Assembly (NCBI RefSeq): GCF_964213995.1
Contig: NW_027590890.1
Span: forward strand, 1-64,000
Length of the DNA: 64,000 nucleotides
Source of the DNA: Mustelus asterias
Lineage: Eukaryota
Direction: 5' to 3'
This document shows positions 48,546-59,914 of this stretch, piece after piece. Made by a program: the position numbers and the translations under genes. Numbering within the stretch: the first letter of the stretch is position 1; every line of letters begins with the position of its first letter. Below the pieces are notes generated by a model, which worked only from the letters and a program-made list of their open reading frames with translations, made no database searches and was not told the DNA's origin.

Positions 48546-51500
48546 GTTGGCGCGAAACCGGCAGTGGCCGCGGGGTTTACTGGGAAGGGTCTTTTGAGTT
48601 TTTTTTAGTGCACGGGAGGTTTAAAAGGCAGGCCCCACTATCTAACGGGCAGCGTTGGGAGCGGGCAGCGGAGTGAGAGGGAGCTGAGTGAGAACTGAGG
48701 GGCTTTGGCTCATCGGGCTTAGGCAGAAAGGGCGAGCAGGGGTGAGTTTCTTTTTTTCTTAATTTATAATTTACTTTTCTCTGTGTACCTTGGAAGAAAG
48801 GGTGAAATATGTGTGTTAAGCCAGTGTGTTGCTCGCAGTGCAGTATGTGGGAGGTCCTGGAGGTACCTGGCTTCCCGGACATCCACATCTGTGAGGGGTG
48901 TGTCGAACTGCGGTTCCTGAGGGCCCGTGTTAGGGAGCTGGAACTGCAGCTTGACGATCTTAGGCAGGTGAGGGAGAATGAGGAGGTGACAGACAAGAGC
49001 TATCATCAGGTGGTCACACCAGGGCCACGGGAGGAGGCCAAGTGGGTGACAGCCAGGAAGGGTAAAACACAGGTGATTGAGAGCACCCCGGTGGAAGTGC
49101 CCCTACACAACAAGTACTCCTGTCTGACTACTGTTGGGGGGGACAGCCCATCTGGGGGAAGCAGCAGTGGCCGTGTCTCCGGGGTGAAGTCCGGCCCTGT
49201 AACTCAGAGGGCTAAGGAAAAGAGGAGGAAGGCAGTATTAATCGGGGACTCGACAGTCAGGGGGACGGACAGGTGATTTTGCGGAGGCAGGCGGGAGTCT
49301 CGCATGGTGGTCTGCCTCCCTGGGGCTGGGATCCAGGATGTCGCTGGTCGACTCCTGGAAATCCTGAGGTGGGAGGGAGAGGAGCTGGAGGTAGCGGTAC
49401 ATATTGGTACCGCTGATGTGGGTAAGAAGGGGGAAGGGAACATGAAAAGAGAGTATAGGGAATTAGGGAGACAGCTGAGAAGGAGGAAAGCAAAAGTAGT
49501 AATCTCGGGATTGCTGCCTGTGCCACGGGAAGGTGATGACAGGAATGGAGTGAGGTGGAGGATGAATGTGTGGCTGAGGCAATGGTGCAGGGGGCAGGGA
49601 TTCAGGTTCCTGGACCATTGGGACCTCTTTAGGGGCAGGTGTGACCTGTATACTAAAAACGGGTGGCACTTGAATCCCAGGGGGACCAATATCCTGGCAG
49701 GAAGGTTGGCTAAGGCTACTGGGGAGAGTTTAAACTAGATAGGTTGGGGGGAGGGGATCAAAGTGACGTGACTGAGAGTGAGGAAGGTAGCTCGCAAACA
49801 GAGAAGGGTTATAGGCAGTGCAAGAGGGCAGGTGGACTGGGAACAGAGAAGGGGAGAGGTCAGACCATAGGATTGAGAGGTGTCTACTCTAATGCCAGGA
49901 GTATAGTGAATAAACAAGTAGCTAAAGGAGGAGAGGGATTGGGAGATGTTAGTAGCGCTTCAACAAACCGGGTCCAGATAAAGGCTGGCATAAAGACACT
50001 TTGCCTGAATGCACGAAGCATTCGAAACAAAGTAAATTAGTTGATGGCACAAAACCATACAAATGAATATGATCTAGTGTCCATCACAGAAACGTGGTTG
50101 CAGGGTGACCGGGACTGGGAACTGAATATACAGGGTTATCAGGCATTTAGGAAGGATAGACCGGTAGAAAAAGGAGGTGGGGTAGCTTTGTTAATAAAGG
50201 ATAATATCAGGATGGTAGTGAGAGACGACATAGGCTCTAAGGAGCAAAACGTGGAATCGTTGTGGGTGGAGATAAGGAATAGTAGGGGGAGAAAGACACT
50301 GGTAGGCGTGGTCTATAGGCCCCCAAATAATAACTTAGAGGTGGGGAGGGCTATAAACAAGCAAATAATGGATGCGTGCAAAAGTGGAACGGCAATAATC
50401 ATGGGGGATTTTAACCTACATATTGATTGGTCGACTCAAATTGGACGTGGAGGGCTTGAGGAAGAGTTCTTGGAATGCTGTCGGCATTGTTTCATTGAAC
50501 AGTATGTTACAGAACCTACGAGAGAGCGAGCTATCTTGGATCTGGTTCTGTGCAATGAGACAGGTAGGATTAAGGATCTTCTTGTGAAGGATCCTCTTGG
50601 GATGAGTGATCATAATATGGTGGAATTTCTGATACAGATGGAGGGTGAGAAAGTAGGGTCCCAAACCAGTGTCCTCTGCTTGAACAGAGGGGAGTACGAT
50701 AGGATGAGGGTGGAATTGGCTAATGTAGACTGGGCGAGCAGACTGGTAGGTAGGACAGCTGAGGGACAGTGGAGGATTTTTAAGGAGATTTTTTTAAGTA
50801 CTCAGCAAAAATATATTCCGGTGATAAAGAAGGACTGTCAGAAAAAGGATAACCGGACGTGGATAACGAAGGAAATAAAGGAGAGTATTAAAATAAAATC
50901 AGATGCGTACAAAGTGGCCAGAAATAGTGGAGAATTAGTGGATTGGGAAAGCTTTAAAGAAAAACAAAGAACGACTAAGAAAGTGATTAAGAAAGGAAAG
51001 ATAGATTATGAAACTAAACTAGCTCAAAATATAAAAAATGATAGTAAAAGTTTTTACAAGTATATAAAAAGGAATAGAGTGGCTAGAGTGAATGTTGGAC
51101 CCTTGGAAGATGAGAGGGGGGATTTAATAGTGGAAAACGAGGAAATGGCTGAGACTTTAAATAAGTTCTTTGTGTCGGTCTTCACGGTGGAAGACACAAA
51201 TAGTTTGCCGAATATTAGAGATCGAGAGTTGGTGGGAGGGGAGGTCCTTAATACAATTACTATTACTAAGGAGGTGGTGCTTGGTAGACTAATAGGACTG
51301 AAGGTAGACAAGTCCCCGGGCCCGGATGGAATGCATCCCAGGGTACTGAAAGAAATGGCTGAGGTAATAGCAGATGCGTTAGTAGTAATTTATCAAAATT
51401 CGCTGGACTCTGGGGTAGTGCCGGCTGACTGGAAAACAGCTACTGTTACGCCGCTGTTTAAAAAAGGAAGTAGACAAAAGGTGGGTAACTACAGGCCGGT

Positions 51501-52893
51501 TAGCTTAACGTCCGTAGTTGGGAAGATGCTAGAGTCCATTATTAAAGAGGAAATAACAGAGCACCTGAATAAGAATGGTTCGATCAAGCAGACGCAGCAT
51601 GGATTCATGAAGGGAAAGTCGTGTTTGACGAATCTACTGGACTTTTATGAAGATGTCACTAGTGCGGTTGACAGAGGGGAACCGGTGGATGTGGTGTTTT
51701 TAGATTTCCAGAAGGCGTTCGATAAGGTGCCTCACAAAAGGTTGCTGCAGAAGATTGGGGTACACGGAGTTAGGGGTAAGGTGTTGGCGTGGATTGGGGA
51801 TTGGCTATCTAACAGGAATCAGAGAGTTGGGATAAATAGGTGCTTTTCTGGTTGGCAGTTGGTGACCAGTGGCGTGCCGCAGGGATCGGTGCTGGGGCCT
51901 CAATTGTTTACCATTTACATAGATGATCTGGAGGAGGGGACTGAATGTAGGGTATTCAAGTTTGCTGATGACACGAAGGTGAGTGGGAAAGCGAATTGCG
52001 TGGAGGACGCGGAAAGTCTGCAGAGAGATTTGGATAGGCTGAGCGAGTGGGCGAGGATCTGGCAGATGGAATATAACGTTAGCAAATGTGAGGTTATCCA
52101 CTTTGGAAGAAATAATAGTAAATTGGAATATTATTTAAATGGAGAAAAATTACATCGTGCGACTGTGCAGAGGGACCTGGGGGTCCTTGTGCACGAATCG
52201 CAAAAACTCAGTCTGCAGGTGCAGCAGGTGATCAAGAAGGCGAATGAAATGTTGGCCTTTATCGCAAGGGGGATAAAATATAAAAGCAGGGAGGTCTTGC
52301 TGCAACTGTACAAGGCACTGGTGAGGCCGCAACTGGAGTACTGTGTGCAGTTTTGGTCCCCTTATTTGCAAAAGGATATATTGGCCTTGGAGGGAGTGCA
52401 GAGAAGGTTCACCAGGTTGATACCGGAGATGAGGGGTGTAGCTTATGAGGAGAGATTAAACAGATTGGGTCTGTACTCGTTGGAGTTTAGAAGGATGAGG
52501 GGTGATCTTATAGAGACATATAAGATAATGAAGGGGCTGGATAGGGTAGAGGTGGAGAGATTCTTTCCACTTAGAAGGGAAACCAGAACTAGAGGGCACA
52601 GCCTCAAAATAAGGGGGGGCCGGTTCAGAACAGAGTTGAGGGGGAACTTCTTCTCTCAGAGGGCAGTGAATCTCTGGAATTCTCTGCCCATTGAAGTGGT
52701 GGAGGCTTCCTCGTTGAATATGTTTAAATCACGGGTAGATAGTTTTCTGATCGACACGGGAATTAGGGGTTATGGGGAGCAGGCGGGTAAGTGGAACTGA
52801 TTCGCTTCAGATCAGCCATGATCTTGTTGAATGGCGGGGCAGGCTCGAAGGGCCAGATGGCCTACTCCTGCTCCTATTTCTTATGTTCTTATG
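48546..52893 (+). mobile_element. Near full-length young CR1: ORF1 (Zn-finger/coiled coil + SGNH esterase) and ORF2 (APE + RT), inserted in an older antisense CR1
   Basis: ORF1 CSQC...CEGC and IGDS with an internal TGA at 49274. ORF2 50041-52800 (919 aa, FADD) with a TAG at 50038. Tail TTATGTTCTTATG. Confidence 0.95.
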
Positions 52894-53464
52894 ACCACTA
52901 GGCTGGACTTCCCCACCATTCTTTCTGAATCTATCCTGTCTAACCCTGTTAAAGGTTTCTGTGAGATCCCCTCTCACTCTTCTAAACTCCAATGGAGTAT
53001 AATCCAAACTGACTTAGTCTCTCCTCATGTGATAGACCTGTTATCCATTTCAAGGTGCTATAGTAAGGCAGGGCACCTGTAAAACAATAGGCAGTTTTGC
53101 AGGCCTATCTAAAACTTGCTCCGAAAATCAATAAGCCAGCAGAAGGATCGCAGCTAGGTAAAGAACAGAAATCGCTACCAAACCAAAAGAATCAACTGTT
53201 TACCAACAAAAGCCAAATATACTGAAAAGAATCGCAACGGCTACAATGCATCATCATCATCATCATCTATTCCTCGTAAATCAAGGATTGTTCCCTGTAA
53301 TCTTTTTTTCTTTATATTTACTAACTATTGACCTAATTTCTAAAACTTATGAATGCAGACGCATGTGTTTTCCCATTTCTTTTACCCTTTTAATAATTTA
53401 TAATCTTATTCCAGCTTAATTTAAGAAAACCTGGTTGAATTTGTCCCTTTGAAGCTATTGGCTC

Positions 53465-53618
53465 GGGAAAAGGGGTCCCAGGGAAAAGGGGTCCCAGGGA
53501 AAAGGGGTCCCAGGGAAAAGGGGTCCCAGGGAAAAGGGGTCCCAGGGAAAAGGGGTCCCAGGGAAAAGGGGTCCCAGGGAAAAGGGGTCCCAGGGAAAAG
53601 GGGTCCCAGGGAAAAGGG
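53465..53618. repeat. 16-bp tandem repeat GGGAAAAGGGGTCCCA, ~9.6 copies
   Basis: Perfect units are directly visible. Confidence 0.95.
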
Positions 53619-54020
53619 AACCTTGTTAGATGAAACCTTTGTTGTTACCAGGGTGGGTTGAGTAAAGACATGGGGCCACACATCCCTCCTCACCCTGGTT
53701 TGTGACAATAGGGGGCTATCCCAGCCAGACAGCTCAGCCCAACCTGGGAATCGTCAAAACAACTCATGATCATAGTGTGTGATGTGAAGCTGCTGTGATG
53801 ACTCCCTCAATGACAGACTCTGTCCCCTCCAAGGACCCAAAGCCCAATTCCCAGTCCTGTTGACTCTACTCCCCATGCTCCCAGACAATTCCCAGTTCAA
53901 TCCCCCACTCTCTCAATGGCTCCACTTGCAGTTCACACAGCAGCTTAAAGCAAAATGTATTCCTGATCCCCCCCATCCCTTTGATCAGAGCTGAAATGTT
54001 GCAGCAGTCACAGCTCTTAC

Positions 54021-54084
54021 CTGGAACAGCAGCAACAACACTAAGCAGCAGCAGCAGGAGGAGTAGTTTGTGGAAGGTGTGTCC
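54021..54084 (-). CDS. Ig receptor signal-peptide exon
   Basis: ttttcttgttgcag| GHTFHKLLLLLLLLSVVAAVP(G) |gtaaga. The phase-1 donor matches the IgV acceptor. There is no in-exon ATG. Confidence 0.75.
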
Positions 54085-54149
54085 CTGCAACAAGAAAACA
54101 CAGTTACCCCCTTTACAACTGATTCACTTCCTGATGATGGATCAGAGCT

Positions 54150-54368
54150 GGGCTCAGCGCATGCGTGTTCGGGCCCGCCCCTGGGTGAAGGTGGACAGGG
54201 GCGCATTCGGCTGGAGCCAGGTCCGCGCCCGCAAGTGGAGCATGCGCACTGACGCAGCAGCGCCGCTCCCGGGAGGAGCCTGCGCAGTGACACAGCAGTG
54301 CCGGTCCCGGCAGAGGAGCCTGCACAATGACACAGCAGCGCCGGACCCGGGAAAGGATCATGCGCAGA
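54150..54368. promoter_or_regulatory. CpG-rich patch with NRF1-like GCGCATGCG motifs and GC boxes next to the signal exon
   Basis: GCGCATGCGT at ~54157, GCATGCGCAC at ~54240 and CCCGCCC. Includes a ~40-bp repeat that continues at 56373-56451. Confidence 0.4.
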
Positions 54369-56372
54369 CCATAAGACCATAAGACATAGGAGCGGAAGTA
54401 AGGCCATTCGGCCCATCGAGTCCACTCCACCATTCAATCATGGTTGATTTCAACTCCATTTACCCGCTCTCTCCCCATAGCCCTTAATTCCTCGAGAAAT
54501 CAAGAATTTATCAATTTCTGTCTTGAAGACGCTCAACGTCTCGGCCTCCACAGCCCTCTGTGGCAATGAATTCCACAGACCTACCACTCTCTGGCTGAAG
54601 AAATTTCTCCTCATCTCTGTTCTAAAGTGACTCCCTTTTATTCTAAGGCTGTGCCCCCGCGTCCTAGTCTCCCCTGCTAATGGAAACAACTTCCCTACGT
54701 CCATCCTATAGAACATAGAACAGTACAGCACAGAACAGGCCCTTCGGCCCACGATGTTGTGCCGAGCTTTATCTGAAACCAAGATCAAGCTATCCCACTC
54801 CCTATCATCCTGGTGTGCTCCATGTGCCTATCCAATAACCGCTTAAATGTTTCTAAAGTGTCTGACTCCACTATCACTGCAGGCAGTCCATTCCACACCC
54901 CAACCACTCTCTGCGTAAAGAACCTACCTCTGATATCCGTCCTGTATCTCCCACCACGAACCCTATAGTTATGCCCCCTTGTAATAGCTCCATCCACCCG
55001 AGGAAATAGTCTTTGACTATTTCCTCGGGTTCATTATCTTGTAAGTTTCTATTAGATCTCTCCTCAACCTCCTAAACTCCAATGAATATAATCCCACGAT
55101 CCTCAGACGTTCATCATATGTCAGGCCTACCATTCCTGGGATTATCCGTGTGAATCTCCGCTGGACCCGCTCCAGTGCCAGTATGTCCTTCCTGAGGTGT
55201 GGGGCCCAAAATTGCTCACAGTACTCCAAATGGGGCCTAACCAGTGCTTTATAAAACCTCAGAAGTACATCCCTGCTTTTGTATTCCAAGCCTCTTGAGA
55301 TAAATGACAACATTACATTTGCTTTCTTAATTACGGACTCAACCTGCAAGTTTACCTTTAGAGAATCCTGGACTAGGACTCCCAAGTCCCTTTGCACTTT
55401 AGCATTATGAATTTTGTCACCGTTTAGAAAATAGTCCATGCCTCTATTCTTTTTTCCAAAGTGCAAGACCTCGCACTTGCCCACGTTGAATTTCATCAGC
55501 CACTTCTTGGACCACTCTCCTAAACTGTCTAAATCTTTCTGCAGCCTCCCCACCTCCTCAATACTACCTGCCCCTCCACCTATCTTTGTATCATCGGCAA
55601 ACTTGGCCAGAATGCCCCCAGTCCCGTCATCTAGATCGTTAATATATAAAGAGAACAGCTGTGGCCCCAACACTGAACCCTGCGGGACACCACTTGTCAC
55701 CGGTTGCCATTCTGAGAAAGAAACTTTTATCCCAACTCTCTGCCTTCTGTCTGACAGCCAATCGTCAATCCATGTTAGTACCTTGCCTCGAATACCATGG
55801 GCCCTTATTTTACTCAGCAGTCTCCCGTGAGGCACCTTGTCAAAGGCCTTTTGGAAGTCAAGATAGATAACATCCATTGGCTCTCCTTGGTCTAACCTAT
55901 TTGTTATCTCTTCAAAGAACTCTAACAGGTTTGTCAGGCACGACCTCCCCTTACTAAATCCATGCTGACTTGTCCTAATCCGACCCTGCACTTCCAAGAA
56001 TTTAGAAATCTCATCCTTAACGATGGATTCTAGAATTTTGCCAACAACTGAGGTTAGGCTAACTGGCCTATAATTTTCCATCTTTTTTCTTGTTCCCTTC
56101 TTGAACAGTGGGGTTACAACAGCGATTTTCCAATCCTCTGGGACTTTCCCTGACTCCAGTGACTTTTGAAAGATCATAACTAACACCTCCACTATTTCTT
56201 CAGCTATCTCCTTTAGAACTCTAGGATGTAGCCCATCTGGGCCCGGAGATTTATCAATTTTCAGACCTTTTAGTTTCTCTAGCACTTTCTCCTTTGTGAT
56301 GGCAACCATATTCAACTCTGCCCCCTGACTTTCCTGAATTGTTGGGATATTACTCATGTCTTCTACTGTGAA
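54369..56372 (-). mobile_element. 5'-truncated CR1 with a second CR1 3' end nested at ~54707-55014
   Basis: ORF 55017-56417 RT and two separate tails. Confidence 0.92.
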
Positions 56373-56843
56373 GACACAGCAGTGCCGGTCCCGGCAGAGG
56401 AGCCTGCGCAGTGACACAGGAGTGCCGGACCCGGGAGAGGAGCATGCGCACTGTACAAGTTCATCCTCCGGATCTCCACATTCCCCCCACCATCATCCTC
56501 GCTCCGGATTTTACTGACAGCACAAAACCATTGCAGAGCGGAAAACCCAAATCCATTCCTTGTTCCAAAATCAAACTGAATCCAAATGTTCCCCAAAACA
56601 GAGACAAACAAGATCCAAACTGACAAGACAAGGCATTGTACCCCACCTTGGGCTGGATCGCAACCAAAAGACCAACAACTCATTCACCCCGAACCCCCCC
56701 CCCAAAGCTCACAGCCCCCCCGCCCCCCCTGGACATTTCCAGCTGCTTCACACCATCCTGACTCTGGTCACTTTGCAGCCTCTCTGACTAATCCCCACAC
56801 TGTCTCCAGGAGCAAACCCTCATTCCCAACCCAGAGCCTGAAC

Positions 56844-57155
56844 CCCGGCTCTGAGACACTGACAGTCCCTGCAGCTCCTTTCCATCCATTCCACCCCGGA
56901 TCTGAGGCACTGACAGTCCCTGCAGCTCCTTTCCATCCATTCCCCCCCGGCTCTGAGACACTGACAGTCCCTGCAGCTCCTTTCCATCCATTCCCCCCCG
57001 GCTCTGAGACACTGACAGTACCTGCAGCTCCTTTCCATCCATTCCCCCTGCACAGGGATCAGCCCTGGGGCTGTGAAACATCTCACTGTCCCAGGCCGCC
57101 ATCTCCATCCGGACAACAGGCAGCACGCACTCACGCACAGGGGGGCGGGACCTGG
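56844..57155. repeat. 54-bp tandem repeat x4 plus flank; a single-unit paralog lies at ~59290-59460
   Basis: Unit CCCCGGCTCTGAGACACTGACAGTCCCTGCAGCTCCTTTCCATCCATTCCC. Confidence 0.88.
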
Positions 57156-57676
57156 TGTCCATGGCAACAGGGGGTGGGTTTACGACATATTTTTACTCAC
57201 ATCCTGTCTTTGTATTTACTGTTGCTGAGCACGTGATCTGGGTGAAGTTATACTGTGTACGTGACCGATTGCTGTAGAAAGAGTATAAAGGGAGGAACTT
57301 CCCCCCCTGTTCGGAGAGTATTGCTTAGCGAAATTCAGCGCTGTGCTGAGTTAGTAAAGCAATCCTCCAAAAGCTTGTACTTGCTTGAAAATAAAGGACT
57401 GGGTTTTCTTGTACAGATCAGTGTCTTGCTCTTGCATCAAGTACGTAAGGGTCTCTGAAAAACGAACCTTGACAAAACAACACAGCTTTCAAGCTAAGAA
57501 TTTACTTCACTTTATCTTACAGCAACCAGCTGCGTTTGCACTTTTGCAGGAGCTCACTTTTTCTTTTACAAATGGCCAAGATCATTGGAGATTCATGGGA
57601 TGTTCACCCCTCAACACCTCACAGCCAGCAGATGGCGATGTTGTCGAGCTCACGTGGTGAATAAAAACTGAACAAG

Positions 57677-57821
57677 AGCGACACGGTAGCACAGTGGTTA
57701 GCACTGCTGCTTCACAGCTCCAGGGACCCGGTTCGATTCCCGGCTTGGGTCACTGTCTGTGTGGAGTTTGCACATTCTCCTCGTGTCTGCGTGGGTTTCC
57801 TCCGGGTGCTCCGGTTTCCTC
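57677..57821 (+). mobile_element. 3'-truncated HE1-like SINE
   Basis: Head only. Confidence 0.85.
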
Positions 57822-58751
57822 AGGGATCCCACACCCACTGTTGGAAGTGGAATCGCTGAGTTGTTACTAGTTTATTTGCAGTATTTATACATCAATCTCC
57901 ACCTCTAACAGGTGATAATTGTTAAATAAACCGCTATAAAAATTCAGATCACTCTTTAATATTAGAACAATGTTCAAATGAGGAGAAAAAACTGACACTT
58001 ACCTTTGAGACAGACTGAACTGTTGGCTGGGGAGGGCTCTCCTCATGTTGCTGTGATTTGGAACATGTTTTACTGTCCGTGTGGTCTCAATGCTCACGGT
58101 TTGTAATAATATCCACGCTTCAGAATAAACAAGCCCTTCCTCATTGTTGTGATTGAGTTGACTTCAGTGCCCAGGACACATTGATCGCTCCATTTAGTTG
58201 CTGTTGGTCTTGTTTCAGTGTCCAAGGTGGTGATGGGGCTTCTTCTTGAACGGTTTCAGTCCCGTGTGGTGAAGGTGCTCCCACGGTGCCGTTAGGGAGG
58301 GAGCTCCAGGATTTTGACCCAGTGACGATGAAGGAACGGCCGATATATCTCCAAGTGGGGACGGTGTGTGTGAGACTGGGAGGGGAACTTGGAGGTGATG
58401 GTGTTCCCCATGTTCCTGCTGCCCTCGTCCTTCTCGGGGAGACTGGAGGTTGTGGCTTTGGGAGGTTTTATTGAAGAATGTGGCACTGGGAACAGAAGAG
58501 AAAGATAATCATTATAATTACTCTCAATAGAATTGACACTAAAAATACTTGACCTGCTGGAAATTGATGTAAAGACAGAAGTTCTGAAGAGAAATGCCAT
58601 TGGAAAGCTCAACTCTGAGAATTTCCACCACTTCATTGAATGGAGACTCAGCGGGACAGCCAATCAGATTCTGAATCCGGCTGTCAATCAGAAACAGCCC
58701 CGCCTCCCGCGGCCATTTTGTTTCCCGTTGAAAAACAACTCAGTGACACCG

Positions 58752-59130
58752 CCCCCCCCCCCAACATCCCCCCACCCCAAATCCCCTCCCCCCCAACATC
58801 CCCCCACCCCAAATCCCCTCCCCCCCCAACATCCCCCCACCCCAAATCCCCTCCCCCCCAACATCCCCCCACCCCAAATCCCCCCCCCCAGCCACACACA
58901 CCCCCCCCTCACCCCAAATCCCCTCCCCCCCAAACATCCCCCCACCCCAAATCCCCTCCCCCCCCAACATCCCCCCACCCCAAATCCCCTCCCCCCCAAC
59001 ATCCCCCCACCCCAAATCCCCTCCCCCCTCACCCAGCCCCACCCCCTCTCCCAGGCTCCCTCCTCCCCCCCCACCCCAGCCACACACACCCCCCCTCACC
59101 CCAAATCCCCACCCAGGCTCCCCCCCCCAG
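58752..59130. repeat. C-rich ~31-bp minisatellite
   Basis: Unit CCCCCCCAACATCCCCCCACCCCAAATCCCCT. Confidence 0.9.
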
Positions 59131-59914
59131 CGCGGATATCAGGCCCAGATCCAGTGGATGCTAAAGGAAAGGTTTCTCCCTCAGGGGGAGAAACACAAAA
59201 CTCCTGAAATAAACAAACTCTCCCCCGGCTCAGAGACAGAGAATAAAGAGCTGAATGGGGGTGAGGATGAAGGAAAGTTTCCCCCTTTCCCCCGGCTCTG
59301 AGACACTGACAGTCCCTGCAGCTCCTTTCCATCCATTCCCCCCGCACAGGGATCAGCTCTGGGGCTGTGAAACTTCTCACTGTGTTTCCCCCAGTCCCAG
59401 ACCGCCATCTCCACCCCGACAACAGGCAGCACGCACTCACTGTCAGGGGGCGGGACCTGCTGCGGTTCCATCCACACAGAGAGAGGGGGGTGCTGACCAT
59501 CCCCGCTCTCTGCTCCCTCTCCCCGGGTGTGGGGTGGACAGTTTCCCGGGAGCCGGCACTCGGATTGTTGTTTCACTCCAATCCCTTCAGGGGAAAAGCA
59601 GCTTTTAACCCGGCTTTTCCTGACAGAGGCTGGGACATTATTCCTCACTCCCCCCTGTCCCACAATGGCACAGTCCAGACTCCGCCCTCAGCCCCAGGGG
59701 AGGATGACGAAGGCGGTGCAGACTCAGTGCAGAGTGGGAACAGATCCAGAGACACAGACTGAGCTGGTGGCTGTCCAATGCAAACCAGGACAATCGGTTT
59801 CCACTGTCAGACCGACAGCGCCGCAGGGATTAAACAATACAGAATAAATTAAAAATAAACAGAATAAAAACATCAGATAAACCCAGAGTCTGGTTCCTGT
59901 ATTAAAGGGGTTCA

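Noticed and set aside
48809-52800. Active autonomous CR1
   Set aside because: In-frame stops at 49274 (ORF1) and 50038 (start of ORF2 endonuclease).
53449-53661. Collagen-like GKGVPGKRGP ORF
   Set aside because: Product of a 16-bp repeat that cycles through frames.
53080-53730. LTR with a tRNA-Pro PBS; other LTR-like stretches at ~34500-36124 and ~57206-57474
   Set aside because: Only partial terminal or PBS matches and no TSDs established, so left uncalled.
58533-59207. Proline-rich extensin-like ORFs
   Set aside because: C-rich minisatellite artefact.
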